Under the pieces are notes generated by a model, which worked only from the letters and a program-made list of their open reading frames with translations, made no database searches and was not told where the DNA came from. Below are positions 46,966 through 58,103 of a stretch of DNA of 64,000 nucleotides, piece after piece (the stretch's first letter is position 1; each line of letters starts with the position of its first letter). The DNA is from Verrucomicrobiota bacterium (GTDB lineage: Bacteria > Verrucomicrobiota > Verrucomicrobiia > Opitutales > Coraliomargaritaceae). The translations under genes were made by a program, and so were the position numbers. The stretch covers positions 64,001 to 128,000 of the forward strand of contig JBCBZJ010000002.1 in assembly GCA_039815375.1 (NCBI GenBank), read 5' to 3'.

Positions 46966-48150
46966 TTAGGAATCTAGTTCGGCGAATACTTCGTCGAGAA
47001 TACCAACGGCTTCGCTGAGTTGTTTGGGAGTTGCGGTGAGCGCTGGCAGGAGACGGATGGTGTTATGGCCTGCCGGGACGATTAATAGTCCTTTTTCACG
47101 TGTGGCGGCAGTGACTTCCATTGCATTCACATGAAGAGGCAGGCCGACCATGTAGCCGGCACCTCGTATGCCTGCAATGTGCTTGGAATATTTGTCGGCA
47201 AGTGCTTCGAGTTCCTTGTGCCAAGAAGCGGAATTCGCCTTCACTTTATTGAGAAGGTCTTCCTCTTCAATGATATCAAGGACAGCATTAGCGGCCGCGC
47301 TGGCGAGTGGGTTACCGCCGAATGTGGTGCCGTGGGAGCCGGGTTGGAAGAGCTCGCCGTAAGGGTCCCCGATCCAGATCGCTCCAATCGGAAAGCCTGC
47401 ACCGAGGCCTTTGGCCATGCCGATTGCGTCCGGTTGCACGCCGCTCGATTCAAAAGCAAAGAAATGTCCGCTCCGTCCGATGCCACACTGCACTTCGTCA
47501 AGCATGAGCAGTGCGCCCCGCTCGGTGCAGAGTGCCCGCAGTTCTTGGAGGAAGCCGGGCTCTGCCGGAAAGATACCACCTTCACCCTGTATTGATTCGA
47601 TGAATACAGCTGCGACGGAGTCGTCGACGAGCTTTTCAAAACTCTCAATATCGTTGAGCTTGCCGAATTTGAAACCTTCAAGCATCGGCCGGAAGCCGCC
47701 CTGGATCTTTTCCTGAGGTGTAGCGCCCATGCCGCCGAAGGTCCGACCGTGAAACGCGTTCTCTGCTGCGACGACGGTGAAACGCTTGCCCTCTTCGCCT
47801 GCTACTTTCCTGCCATGTAGGCGAGCAAGCTTAAGCAGCGCTTCGTTTGCCTCTGCCCCGCTGTTGCAGAAGAGGATTCGCCCGGGGCCGGCTTTATAAA
47901 CGAGCCTGTCAGCCAGTTTTTGCTGGCCCGGGATACCGTAAAGATTGCTGCAGTGGACGAGCTTAGAAGCTTGTTGCTGAACGGCTTCAACCCATTTTGG
48001 ATGAGAATGCCCAACCGAGGTAACGGCGATGCCGGAGCCGAAATCGAGATATCTCTTATCGTCCTCGTCGTAGAGATACAGTCCCTTTCCCCGCACTGCG
48101 TTAAAGGGTGGAGCACCATAGTTTTTTGCAAGACTTGGGTAGTGTTCCAT
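46966..48150 (-). CDS. argD: Acetylornithine aminotransferase
   Basis: NSGAEANE, FHGRT, DEVQCG, AKGLG, HGTTFGGNP. Confidence 0.93.
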   Translation of the reverse strand: MEHYPSLAKNYGAPPFNAVRGKGLYLYDEDDKRYLDFGSGIAVTSVGHSHPKWVEAVQQQASKLVHCSNLYGIPGQQKLADRLVYKAGPGRILFCNSGAEANEALLKLARLHGRKVAGEEGKRFTVVAAENAFHGRTFGGMGATPQEKIQGGFRPMLEGFKFGKLNDIESFEKLVDDSVAAVFIESIQGEGGIFPAEPGFLQELRALCTERGALLMLDEVQCGIGRSGHFFAFESSGVQPDAIGMAKGLGAGFPIGAIWIGDPYGELFQPGSHGTTFGGNPLASAAANAVLDIIEEEDLLNKVKANSASWHKELEALADKYSKHIAGIRGAGYMVGLPLHVNAMEVTAATREKGLLIVPAGHNTIRLLPALTATPKQLSEAVGILDEVFAELDS

Positions 48151-48154
48151 CGCT

Positions 48155-49045
48155 CTATGCGTTGACGATTTCGGTGCCGACACCTTTGTCTGTGAAAATT
48201 TCTAGAAGCAGGCTGTGCGGCTGCTCGCCGTCGATAAAGTGCACCCGGTGAACTCCGTTTTTCAGGGCATCGACTGCACTATCTGTTTTTGGAATCATGC
48301 CTTTGCTGATGGTTCCGTCTTTTACGAGAGGTTCGACCTCATTGATCTTGAGGGTAGAGAAGAGTGATTCAGGATCATTGATATCCCGCATGAGCCCCGG
48401 CACATCACAGAGGTAAACCAGCCGTCTGGCACGAAGCGCCGCGGCGACCCGGCCAGCAGCAGAATCGGCGTTGGTGTTGTAAACCTGGCCATCCTCATCT
48501 AGTGCGATGGGCGAGATGACGGGGATGTATCCATCGTTGAGCGCCTTCTTGATAATTTTGGCCTTAACTGTGTGCGTTTCGCCGACAAAGCCGACATCGA
48601 TGGACTCACCTTCGATTGCGACTTCCTTTTTGTCACATACGAGAATGCTGTTCCCGTGGATGCCGAGTGGCCGTGCGTTCTTGGCCTGTAGGATTTCGCA
48701 GATATCCAGGTTCACGACTTTATTGAGGGTGTGTTCGACAATCTTGACGGAAGCTTCGTCGGTAACGCGTAGACCGTGTTCAAACCGTGTTTCAACCTTG
48801 GCTTCAGCAAGTGCCCGGGTGATGGCTTTTCCGCCACCGTGCACGACGACCACCTTGATGCCTACGGCGGAAAGGAAAGCGATGTCTGTTGCGACCCGTG
48901 TCCGCACTTCCGGATCGGCATCGTCCATAAACGCTCCACCGTATTTGACCACGAAGATAGCATCTCTGAACCGCTGAACATAGGGCAGCGCTTCAAGTAG
49001 GACGGCTGACTTGGTGGTGACGTCAAGTTGTGAAAGGTCGGTCAT
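48155..49045 (-). CDS. argB: Acetylglutamate kinase
   Basis: VKYGG, VHGGG, GLRVTD, NAD, GMIPK. Confidence 0.96.
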   Translation of the reverse strand: MTDLSQLDVTTKSAVLLEALPYVQRFRDAIFVVKYGGAFMDDADPEVRTRVATDIAFLSAVGIKVVVVHGGGKAITRALAEAKVETRFEHGLRVTDEASVKIVEHTLNKVVNLDICEILQAKNARPLGIHGNSILVCDKKEVAIEGESIDVGFVGETHTVKAKIIKKALNDGYIPVISPIALDEDGQVYNTNADSAAGRVAAALRARRLVYLCDVPGLMRDINDPESLFSTLKINEVEPLVKDGTISKGMIPKTDSAVDALKNGVHRVHFIDGEQPHSLLLEIFTDKGVGTEIVNA

Positions 49046-49052
49046 TGGGAGC

Positions 49053-50291
49053 TTATTCGGACTTATTGAAATCTACGTAGGCCTCGCTCAGGTCAGAAGT
49101 GAGGAGCCGGAAATCAGAGTTGCCCTGATTGAGATTGATCGTGATTCGAAACCGGTTCCGCGAGACGATATCTTTCCACTGCTGCAGGTTGGCATCCTGT
49201 GGCACCCCCTTGTTGAGTGCGGGCACTTCGTTGTAGTGAATATCGAGAAGCTCCTCCTTTAGTCCTACCCGTGCGTAACCCGCAGCATCGGCGAGCCGAC
49301 CCCAATTCGGATCGGATCCATACCAGGAGGTTTTGACGAGGAGTGAGTTGCCTACAGCCCTGGCGACTTTCTCGGCATCGCCAGCCCGGGGGCAGCCTTT
49401 GACGATAAGTTCAACGAGTTTAGTGACCTTTTCTCCGTCTCCGACAATTTTTTCTGCAAGTGCATCGCAGACTAGAAGAACGGCTTCCTTGAAGGCAAAG
49501 AGTAGGTCTGCCGGTCCGTTCCATGGGTCGATGCCGGACTTGCCATTGGCAAAAAGGAGCACGGTGTCGTTCGTGCTCATGTCGCCATCAATGGAAATAC
49601 AATTGAAGGTTTTGTTACAGGCTACGGTGAGCGCATTTTTAAGTTGAACGCAGTTGGCCACAGCGTCGGTCGTGAGAAAGGCTAGCATAGTTGCCATATT
49701 GGGCTCGATCATGCCGGCGCCTTTGGCGATGCCAGAGACGGTAACAGTCTTGCCTTCGAACTCGAACTGCGCGGTTGCGACTTTCCGTCTTGTGTCGGAG
49801 GTTAAGATAGCGTCGGCAGTATTGAGCGAAGATTGCGCATCCTCGCTGAGAGCTTTAGCTGCAGTTTCGATGCCGTATTCAATCCGCTCCATTGGAAGTT
49901 TCCGCCCGATCCGACCTGTGGAGCAGATGAGGAATGGTGAGCCAATGCCGGAGCTTAGCTGGGCAATGGAGCCCATTTCCTTGGCGTCTGCCATGCCTTT
50001 AGTGCCTGTGGCTGCATTGGCATTGCCACTGTTCGCGACAAAACCGGCAACCTTGTTGCCACTCTTGGACAAAATCTGTTTGCAGAGCTGAACAGGTGCA
50101 GCGCAGACATCATTCAGCGTGAACACACCAGCAGCGGAGCAGGGCTTTTCCGCCACAACCATAGCGAGATCGAGTCGTTCCTTGTCGTCGAGCTCCCGTA
50201 CATCGCATGCCACGCCTGCGGTCTTGAAGCCTGGGCAGTCTGCGATGCCGTTGGATTTTTCAAGGAGTGTAACTGGAATCGGACTACTCAT
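49053..50291 (-). CDS. argJ: Ornithine acetyltransferase
   Basis: NSGNANA, KGAGMIEPNMATML, DGDMSTND, DPNWGR. Confidence 0.96.
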   Translation of the reverse strand: MSSPIPVTLLEKSNGIADCPGFKTAGVACDVRELDDKERLDLAMVVAEKPCSAAGVFTLNDVCAAPVQLCKQILSKSGNKVAGFVANSGNANAATGTKGMADAKEMGSIAQLSSGIGSPFLICSTGRIGRKLPMERIEYGIETAAKALSEDAQSSLNTADAILTSDTRRKVATAQFEFEGKTVTVSGIAKGAGMIEPNMATMLAFLTTDAVANCVQLKNALTVACNKTFNCISIDGDMSTNDTVLLFANGKSGIDPWNGPADLLFAFKEAVLLVCDALAEKIVGDGEKVTKLVELIVKGCPRAGDAEKVARAVGNSLLVKTSWYGSDPNWGRLADAAGYARVGLKEELLDIHYNEVPALNKGVPQDANLQQWKDIVSRNRFRITINLNQGNSDFRLLTSDLSEAYVDFNKSE

Positions 50292-50298
50292 CAGGTTT

Positions 50299-51321
50299 TT
50301 ACAAAAGGCCCGCAGTTTCTTCGAAGCCGAACTTCAGGTTCATGATTTGAACTGCTTGTCCGCTCGCACCTTTGACTAGATTGTCGATCACAGAAGTGAT
50401 GACGAAGTTTTCAGTCCGCGAATCATAGACGGCAGAGATGTCGGCCCGGTTGGTTCCACTGACGTGCTTCGTGTCCGGGAAGGTGCCACTTGGAAGCAGG
50501 CTGACGAATGGTTTGTCGGCGTAGAATTTATTCCAAGTGGTGTAGAGTTGTTCGATGCCGGTCTTCGCTTTGGCAACAATTGTCGTTGAGATGCCCCGAT
50601 TGATTGGGGCAAGGTGCGGATTGAATTGCACGATGCAGTCTGCGAATGCGGCTTTCTCCAAATTCTCCTCAATCTCCGAAAGATGCCTGTGCTTAGGCAG
50701 GCCGTAAGCCTTCATGCTTTCGTTTCGTTCACAGTAGATGAAGTCCTCGGCGACTTTTCTACCAGCGCCGCTGACGCTGCTATAACTGTTGATAACAATA
50801 CCTTTTGGCTGAATGAGGCCAGCCTTGAGTAGTGGAACCAGCGGGAGTTGTATGCTGGTCGGATAGCAACCCGGGCAGGCGATGATGGAAGCGGATTTCC
50901 ACGAATCATCAGCCAACTCCGGAATGACGTAAGGCGCCGCTTCGAGAAGATGAGGAGCTGGATGCTCCGAACCATAATATTCTCTATAGAGCCTAGTTGA
51001 GCTGAGCCGGAAGTCTGCGCTCAGGTCGATAACAGTTTTGCCTGCTTGGTAGAGTGGGTTGGCAAACTCAGAGGCGACTCCATGCGGAAGCGCAAGGAAG
51101 AAGATATCGATCTCTTTATTGGCTGCGAGCTCTAATGGATCGGACGGGGTGAAAGTAAGCTCACCAACTTTGTGCCGAAGCGCAGGCATGGCATCGGCCA
51201 ACTTTTTTCCGGCGAGCGCGCGCGAGGTGACTGCCGCAAGTGTAACGTCCGGGTGCGTCGAAAGTATCCGGACGAGTTCTTCGCCGGAGTAGCCGGAGGC
51301 GCCTATAATTGCTGCATTCAT
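50299..51321 (-). CDS. argC: N-acetyl-gamma-glutamyl-phosphate reductase
   Basis: GASGYSG, LALPH, DLSADFR, PGCYPT, DNLVKGASGQA. Confidence 0.96.
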   Translation of the reverse strand: MNAAIIGASGYSGEELVRILSTHPDVTLAAVTSRALAGKKLADAMPALRHKVGELTFTPSDPLELAANKEIDIFFLALPHGVASEFANPLYQAGKTVIDLSADFRLSSTRLYREYYGSEHPAPHLLEAAPYVIPELADDSWKSASIIACPGCYPTSIQLPLVPLLKAGLIQPKGIVINSYSSVSGAGRKVAEDFIYCERNESMKAYGLPKHRHLSEIEENLEKAAFADCIVQFNPHLAPINRGISTTIVAKAKTGIEQLYTTWNKFYADKPFVSLLPSGTFPDTKHVSGTNRADISAVYDSRTENFVITSVIDNLVKGASGQAVQIMNLKFGFEETAGLL

Positions 51322-51431
51322 GGGAAGAAGTTAGAAACTAGAAGTTGGAAGAGGAATAGTCTGTTCTCCGAAATCGTTGGTCGGGTCAGTTTGAATTTCG
51401 ATAGCGATTTTTAATTAGGATTGGAGGAAAT

Positions 51432-51471
51432 AAAAAACCCCCCAAAGCACGGTGCACGGCCTTGGAGGGTT
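51432..51471 (-). terminator. Probable intrinsic terminator after rpsI
   Basis: Imperfect AACCCTCCAAGGC..GCTTTGGGGGGTT hairpin followed by U-tract on minus strand. Confidence 0.55.
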
Positions 51472-51500
51472 GCAAAAAGATGCGACCGTGCGGGTAAAGC

Positions 51501-51893
<393 letters not shown>

Positions 51894-51919
51894 TATATAA
51901 AGTTTAATTTCTGCTACTT

Positions 51920-52345
51920 TTAGACGAGTGGCCTGGGTTGTTGTGCTTCGTGCGGATGTTCGGAACCGGAGTAGACCTTCAGCTTTTTGATCATTTGGCG
52001 ACCAAGCTTGTTCCGGGGGAGCATTCCCTTGACGGCATGCTCAATGATGAATTCAGGCTTCTTCTCGCGCATTTCCTTAAGGCTGACGTAGCTATCGCCC
52101 CCCATCCAGCCGGAGTAGAACATGTAGCTCTTTTCAGTGTTCTTTTTGCCGGAAAGTTTGATCTTCCCGGCGTTGATGACCACGACAAAGTCTCCAGTGT
52201 CTGTGTGCGGTGTGTAGGTCGGCTTGTGGCGGCCACGCAGAACGTTGGCGATTTTGACAGCAACGCGACCGAGTGTTTCTTCGGCTGCGTCGACCACATA
52301 CCATGATTTGGTGTGGTCTGTAGAGGTGGCTAAAGTGGTCTTCAT
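51920..52345 (-). CDS. rplM: 50S ribosomal protein L13
   Basis: WYVVDA, HKPTYTPHTDTGD, AVKGMLP, HPHEAQQP. Confidence 0.98.
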   Translation of the reverse strand: MKTTLATSTDHTKSWYVVDAAEETLGRVAVKIANVLRGRHKPTYTPHTDTGDFVVVINAGKIKLSGKKNTEKSYMFYSGWMGGDSYVSLKEMREKKPEFIIEHAVKGMLPRNKLGRQMIKKLKVYSGSEHPHEAQQPRPLV

Positions 52346-52500
52346 GATTTTTGGAAAAGCGCGCCAGAGTAGATTCGGGCCTATTACTGTCAATGGGAAT
52401 TTTGGCTAAAATACTTGGAATCCCGCTTTTTTATTGCAAAGGTGTTGGCCTTGGTCATCTTCCACCGTTTTTCAATTTAACCCTTAGCGGAGAAAACACT

Positions 52501-52707
52501 TTGAGAGACGATTATTTACAGGAAGCGCAGAAGGTTATCACCGATCCGATGATCCTGATCAACGTTGTGTCACGTCGTGCCAAGCAATTGAAGGGCGGCT
52601 ACAAGCCTCTTGTCGAGTCTCTTGAACGCCTCTCAGCTGAAGATATGGCGCTTCGTGAGATCATGGAAGGTAAAATTACTTACCAACTTGACGAGCAAGA
52701 AGCCTAA
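52501..52707 (+). CDS. rpoZ: RNA polymerase omega subunit (short form)
   Basis: LINVVSRRAKQL..ALREIMEGKI; TTG start with GGAG upstream. Confidence 0.85.
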   Translation: MRDDYLQEAQKVITDPMILINVVSRRAKQLKGGYKPLVESLERLSAEDMALREIMEGKITYQLDEQEA

Positions 52708-52763
52708 GGCTTCAACAAATTAGCATGCCTTCCGCGCTCCTCAAACAGAGGGAGTAACCAGCC

Positions 52764-53237
52764 GTGTGCGCGAAGAAAAAATCTGGGGAGCATCAGCGTG
52801 AGATTCGCAATGCCAAGGCCCACCACAATTATTTTGTGGGCGACCGCTTTGAGGCGGGTCTTGTGCTGCAAGGCACTGAGGTGAAAGCGATTCGCGAAGG
52901 GAACGCACAGATTAGTGAGTCCTTTTGCCGGATCGAGAAAAGTCAGGTCTGGCTCTACAATTCACATATTGGTGAGTATTCATTCGGCAATTTTCAGAAC
53001 CATCCACCTCGCCGCAAACGTAAGCTGCTGCTCCATCGTCGTGAAATCAATAAACTGATCGGCGCGGTTGAAGCTGGCGGGAAATCACTTATCCCGCTGC
53101 GTGTTTATATGAAGCATGGCCTGATCAAGGTCGAGATTGCATTATGCACCGGCAAAAAGCTTCATGATAAGCGAGAAACATTAAAAAAGAAGGTCACGAT
53201 GCGCGAAGCGGAACGTGAAATGCGTCGCTACCGATAG
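52764..53237 (+). CDS. smpB: SsrA-binding protein
   Basis: EAGLVLQGTEVK, RKLLLH, GKKLHDKR. Confidence 0.96.
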   Translation: MCAKKKSGEHQREIRNAKAHHNYFVGDRFEAGLVLQGTEVKAIREGNAQISESFCRIEKSQVWLYNSHIGEYSFGNFQNHPPRRKRKLLLHRREINKLIGAVEAGGKSLIPLRVYMKHGLIKVEIALCTGKKLHDKRETLKKKVTMREAEREMRRYR

Positions 53238-53248
53238 TTGTTTTTATC

Positions 53249-54157
53249 ATGACTCAGAAGTCTGTTATTATTCAGTCTCCGGCCAGCACTTCGAATTGTG
53301 GTCCCGGTTTTGACACCCTTAGTATTGCGCTCTCGCTCTATAATTTTGTGCGGATTGCCCCGAGGCGAGACGAATCCGTCCTTGCCATATCGGATGTGAA
53401 TGAAGGCACACAAACCATGGTTGAGGAAGCGGCGTATAGCTTCGCACAAGCGGCTGGTGTCGAAACTGGTGGTTTTGATTATGAGATTTGGGGTGACATA
53501 CCGATTGCGCGTGGGCTTGGTTCCAGTTCCACTATTCGCGCGGGGATTATTGCCGGCCTGAACCATCTCTCCGGTAGTCCGCTGGATTCTGAGGCAATGA
53601 TTCGGCTGACGAGTAAGCTCGACAATGCGCCCGATAACGCCTGTGCGGCGTTTGCGGGAGGTTTTTGTATCGCCCGGACGGAGCCAGCGACCTTTGCCTA
53701 TCGGGAGCACGTGCGCTTTGAGCTTCCTGATTCACTTGTCTTTGTGGCGGTATCGCCTGATTATGAAGTGCTCACGGAGACCTCGCGCCGAGTGCTCCCG
53801 GACACTATCCCATTTAACGATGTGGCCCGTAGTGCCAACAGCTTGGCTTATCTGGTCGGTATACTGGTCTCAGGAGACTTTGCCCGATTGGAAGGGGCCG
53901 TGAATGACTTTATCCACGAGCCGTATCGAGAATTGCTCAATCCTTTTGGTAGCGAGAGCATACAAGCCGGTTGTTATTCGGGTGCTTACACTGGTTGGCT
54001 GAGCGGTAGTGGCTCGACTACTATTTGTGTGTCCGATCGCTCGAATGCTTCAGCTGTCGCCGATGCCATGCAGCAGGTATACAACAGTAACGGGACAAGT
54101 AGCCGTGCCTACCGTTTAGTTGCTGATAACTGCGGCCTGACCATAAACGAAAGCTAG
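53249..54157 (+). CDS. thrB: Homoserine kinase
   Basis: PASTSNCGPGFD, PIARGLGSS, DN, SGSG. Confidence 0.92.
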   Translation: MTQKSVIIQSPASTSNCGPGFDTLSIALSLYNFVRIAPRRDESVLAISDVNEGTQTMVEEAAYSFAQAAGVETGGFDYEIWGDIPIARGLGSSSTIRAGIIAGLNHLSGSPLDSEAMIRLTSKLDNAPDNACAAFAGGFCIARTEPATFAYREHVRFELPDSLVFVAVSPDYEVLTETSRRVLPDTIPFNDVARSANSLAYLVGILVSGDFARLEGAVNDFIHEPYRELLNPFGSESIQAGCYSGAYTGWLSGSGSTTICVSDRSNASAVADAMQQVYNSNGTSSRAYRLVADNCGLTINES

Positions 54158-54211
54158 TTCTCTTTTCCGACGACGGTTGACCTATCGTATCATTCTTTTT
54201 GATTGTTATTC

Positions 54212-54640
54212 GTGAACGACCCGCAGAGAGATTTTAATGAAGTAATCCGAACAATTCGGAAAGACGATTCGCGCTATGCTCGAGGAGCCTATTATTTTCT
54301 TCGGCAAGCGCTTGATTACAGCTTAAAGGAGCTGCACAAGCGTGGCGAGCTAGACAAGTCCAACCATCTCAGTGGTCAGCAATTACTTGAGGGTATACGC
54401 TTGTATGCAATTGATCAATATGGGCCGATGGCACGCACGGTTCTGGAAAACTGGGGCATCAAGAACTGTCGCGACTTTGGTAATATCGTTTTTAACCTCG
54501 TGGAGTGTCGAGTGCTGGGAAAGACCGAGCAGGATAGTCCGGAAGACTTTAGCAGAGGCTACAGTTTCAGTGCCGCATTCGATAAGCCGTTTCGGCCAGA
54601 AAAATTAAAGCCAACGACCAAGCGTCCGCCTCTGCGCTAA
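54212..54640 (+). CDS. Minf_1886-like Verrucomicrobia/Planctomycetes conserved protein
   Basis: RY..AY.F, HLSGQQLL, YGPMA..VL..WGI...DFGNIVFNL. Confidence 0.75.
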   Translation: MNDPQRDFNEVIRTIRKDDSRYARGAYYFLRQALDYSLKELHKRGELDKSNHLSGQQLLEGIRLYAIDQYGPMARTVLENWGIKNCRDFGNIVFNLVECRVLGKTEQDSPEDFSRGYSFSAAFDKPFRPEKLKPTTKRPPLR

Positions 54641-54656
54641 TTATTAAAAGAGCTTC

Positions 54657-55217
54657 TCAGTTCGCAGAGTCTTCTTCGCGCTGTTCGATTCGTGCTTCGC
54701 GCTCCGTCAACAGCATGGATTTTTCAACCAGCTCGTTCTCGCATTGCTCGATGTAGGTTTCGCGCTCCTGCAGCATTTTTCTCGCTTCAAACAGAGTGGC
54801 TTCCTGAGCCTCGAGTTCCGCTCGCAAGGCTTCTAGTGCAGTCATCTCCCCGTCCATATCGACTTCGGACGTCTCTTCTTTAGCCGGGTTTTTCGACTCG
54901 AATATCTTTTGATGCGCATCCAGCAGGGCTTCTTTTTCGTTTAACTCAAGTGCGCGATTTTCGAGATACTTTTCTCTTTCTGAGAGTAATTCTTCCCGGT
55001 TGACTACATCAGCCTGAAGTTCCAGCAGGTGTGCCTCCATTTCCTGCTGCTTACCTGATTTTGATTTCACAGTAACCAATTCTTCCTGATTGCTGGGAAG
55101 TGTTTTGACCGCTGCGCTTTCGCGTCGTGTTGCCGCCGCAATAGCTGTCTTCAAGCTGAGCTTACGCGGCTCCTTGCGAATCGGTGGCGGTGGAGAAAAC
55201 TTGGATTCGGTAGCCAT
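54657..55217 (-). CDS. Coiled-coil hypothetical protein
   Basis: E/R/L-rich heptads, two RE..LE.RE repeats. Confidence 0.7.
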   Translation of the reverse strand: MATESKFSPPPPIRKEPRKLSLKTAIAAATRRESAAVKTLPSNQEELVTVKSKSGKQQEMEAHLLELQADVVNREELLSEREKYLENRALELNEKEALLDAHQKIFESKNPAKEETSEVDMDGEMTALEALRAELEAQEATLFEARKMLQERETYIEQCENELVEKSMLLTEREARIEQREEDSAN

Positions 55218-55395
55218 ATTAGATGGTTTAATGTCAATCATAAGATCTCAATCTTGACAACCTTTGAGTGTTCTATCGTTCCTTTGATCAATGACTTAAA
55301 CGGTTCTGTAAGATAATCAAAGAGATTTTCCCGAATTAGTTTGAGAGTTTGGCAACATTCGCCTTTCGCTTCTGTTTACTTTCATTGGTCCAATC

Positions 55396-57969
55396 ATGTC
55401 TAGCGACAACAGTTTTTTTTCTTCAAACGAATCTGCGGAGATTATCGAGCGTCTTTTCCGTGCACCGGTCGAACGTCAGGTTTTGCCGAATGGGTTGACC
55501 CTTGTCCACCGCCCTGACTTTTCCAGTGAGGTAGTTTCCGTGCAGGTTTGGGTAAAGACGGGGAGCATTCATGAAGACCAGCTGATCGGTTCCGGTTTGT
55601 CTCACTATTTGGAGCATATGCTTTTCAAAGGAACGCAACGTCGTGATGGCAAATCCATCAGTCGTGAAGTGCATGCGCTTGGGGCATCGATTAATGCCTA
55701 CACGACATTTGATCGGACTGTTTACTATATCGATGGGCCCTCTTCGGCTTTTGAGCAGATTTGTGACGTGCTGGCAGACCTGGTTTTACATTCAACTTTA
55801 CCAGAGGAAGAAGTTGAGCGTGAGCGCAACGTGATCTTACGCGAGATCGACATGGGTCTTGACGATCCGGATCGCCAACTCATGCAGGCACTTTTCAGGA
55901 CTAGTTTCCAAAAGCATCCCTATCGCGAGCCTGTGATTGGGCATCGAGAACTATTTGAGAAAGTATCACCTGCCGAATTGAGAGCCTACTATAAGGCACG
56001 CTATGTGCCGAATAACATGGTCGTTTCCGTGGTCGGAGCAGTTCCAACCGGCATTTGCAACGAAGTTATCCAGTCTTCTTTCGGTCCGGTCTCACGTGGG
56101 CGTCTTGCACCCGTTCAAATCGAACATGAGCCCGTCCAACTTGCTGCCCGGCGTGAGGATATTGTTGGCGACTTCAATGTTTTTCGCGGCAGCATAGGTT
56201 ATAAAGTCCCACACCTGAGTCACCCGGATTCCCCAAAGCTCGACACGCTTGCACTCGCCTTGGGTGGCGGTGAGAGTTCATTATTATGGGATCGTTTGCG
56301 GAACAAGCTGAACCTGGTGCACTATGTGGATTGCCGGAACTGGAACTCCGGAGAAAACGGCCTCTTTTCGATTTCCTATGTTTGTGATCCGGAAAGGGGC
56401 AGTGAGGTAGAAGGGGCAATCGAGAATTTGATCGCAGAAGTCACGAAAGCCGGCTTTGAAAACGATGTTCTGGAAAAAGCCTGTCGCCAAGCGCTAACGG
56501 CTGAAATCAACGGTCGCAAGACCATGAGCGGCCAAGCCACGCGGCTTGGCGTCGGTGAGGTAATCATCGGCGACATCTACTACGGGCGTCGATACCTGAA
56601 AAAGCTTCAGTCGATTAAAAACGAAGATCTGCGATATACCGCAGACCGCAACCTTGTCCCGGAGAACAGTTCGACCGTTACATTGGGCCAGGAGGGTGCT
56701 GCATCGCTTACCGATGACAATCTACAGAAGCAGCTCGAGTTAACACCCTTTGAAACTATCGAGTTTGAGAGTGGGGCTAAATTGCTGCTTCAGCAGGATG
56801 AGCGTTTACCTAGAGTTCATCTTCGGGCGGTCTTTCTCGGAGGGTCTCTTTATGAGCGTGCAAATCAACGAGGTGCTTCTTCCTTGATGGCGGAGCTCCT
56901 AACTAAGGACACCGAGAAGCACAGTGCTGAAGAAATCTCCAAATGGATTGAAGGGATCGGTGGTAGTTTTTCTGCAAATGGTGGAAACAACACTGTCAGC
57001 CTAGCCCTGGAAGTGCTGCCGAGTGACCTTTCTTCAGCAATTGAGCTTTTGAGTGACGCCCTGACTTGTCCCAGTTTCAAGCAGGAAACTTTTGATATAG
57101 AACGTGAATCTCAGATCTCCGGCCTGAAGGAGGAGGATGATGAGATTCTGGACTATGGCTTTCGTTTGTTGCGCAGACGTTTTTTTGACGAGCATCCCTT
57201 GTCGGTTGGTGCCGACGGCCGAGTCGCCGATTTGGAGAAGCTGGACCGTCAGGATGTCCTCGAACATTTCAAAGAGCTTGTAACGACGCGTAACCTGGTG
57301 ATTGCCGTCTGTGGTGATTTTAAGCGTGAGGAGCTCATGAGTGATTTGGAACCTTTGCTTAATCATAAGCTTTCCACATCGGCCTTTGAAAAAGTAGAGA
57401 TGCCTTTTGAAGGTCCAGGGCAGGCACTTGACCTCATCGAGAAAGTGGAACGGGAGCAAGCTGTTGTGTTACAAGCTTACCCGGACGTAGGAATTCAGGA
57501 CGAAGATTTCGTCACTGCCGAGGTCTTGAATGAACTCTTCAGTGGAATGTCGAGTCGGCTCTTTGAGCGCGTTCGTGAAGACCAGGGTATGGCCTACTAT
57601 GTCGGCTCCACCAGGGTCATTGGCTTGAGGGGCGGAATGTTCGTTTTCTATGCCGGCACACACCCTACAAAAGTGGATTCGGTCTTAGAGGAAATTGATA
57701 TTGAGATTGCCCGGGTTGCGGCGGGTGAGGTGAGTGAGGAAGAGCTGACTCGTTGCCGCACAAGATTAAAATCAGCGCGCCCGATGGGGCGACAGACGAT
57801 TGGTGCTCGTGCGATGCATGCGGCATTGCAACTGTGCTATGACCTACCACTTGATGATGACGCTGAATATGCGATGAAGTTGGATTCGATAAATGCCGAA
57901 GTCTTGGCGAAATTTGCAAAGCAGTATTTTAGTGCCTCCAAACAAGTTCGTCTGGTGCTTCGGCCATGA
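55396..57969 (+). CDS. M16 (pitrilysin-family) zinc peptidase
   Basis: HYLEH inverted zinc motif, NAYTTFDRT, SRLFERVRE..GMAY. Confidence 0.93.
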   Translation: MSSDNSFFSSNESAEIIERLFRAPVERQVLPNGLTLVHRPDFSSEVVSVQVWVKTGSIHEDQLIGSGLSHYLEHMLFKGTQRRDGKSISREVHALGASINAYTTFDRTVYYIDGPSSAFEQICDVLADLVLHSTLPEEEVERERNVILREIDMGLDDPDRQLMQALFRTSFQKHPYREPVIGHRELFEKVSPAELRAYYKARYVPNNMVVSVVGAVPTGICNEVIQSSFGPVSRGRLAPVQIEHEPVQLAARREDIVGDFNVFRGSIGYKVPHLSHPDSPKLDTLALALGGGESSLLWDRLRNKLNLVHYVDCRNWNSGENGLFSISYVCDPERGSEVEGAIENLIAEVTKAGFENDVLEKACRQALTAEINGRKTMSGQATRLGVGEVIIGDIYYGRRYLKKLQSIKNEDLRYTADRNLVPENSSTVTLGQEGAASLTDDNLQKQLELTPFETIEFESGAKLLLQQDERLPRVHLRAVFLGGSLYERANQRGASSLMAELLTKDTEKHSAEEISKWIEGIGGSFSANGGNNTVSLALEVLPSDLSSAIELLSDALTCPSFKQETFDIERESQISGLKEEDDEILDYGFRLLRRRFFDEHPLSVGADGRVADLEKLDRQDVLEHFKELVTTRNLVIAVCGDFKREELMSDLEPLLNHKLSTSAFEKVEMPFEGPGQALDLIEKVEREQAVVLQAYPDVGIQDEDFVTAEVLNELFSGMSSRLFERVREDQGMAYYVGSTRVIGLRGGMFVFYAGTHPTKVDSVLEEIDIEIARVAAGEVSEEELTRCRTRLKSARPMGRQTIGARAMHAALQLCYDLPLDDDAEYAMKLDSINAEVLAKFAKQYFSASKQVRLVLRP

Positions 57970-58035
57970 ATCAAAATTCAGGTCAGAAAGAAAACGCGCA
58001 GGTTGAAAGACCACTCAATTCATCAAGAAAGCAAA

Positions 58036-58097
58036 GTATAACAAGTCGTATTGATCAACGCTGCTAACGCACCGTCCGCCAAGGATCGACGATCTAT
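58036..58097 (+). other. Degenerate attC-like site A
   Basis: GTATAAC-AAGTCG...CGAC-GATCTAT ending 6 bp before next ATG; R' mutated. Confidence 0.35.
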
Positions 58098-58103
58098 AAA
58101 AGA

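Noticed and set aside
52707..53250. tmRNA or tRNA near smpB
   Set aside because: No room and no tRNA-like motifs; no RNA genes recognised anywhere in the window
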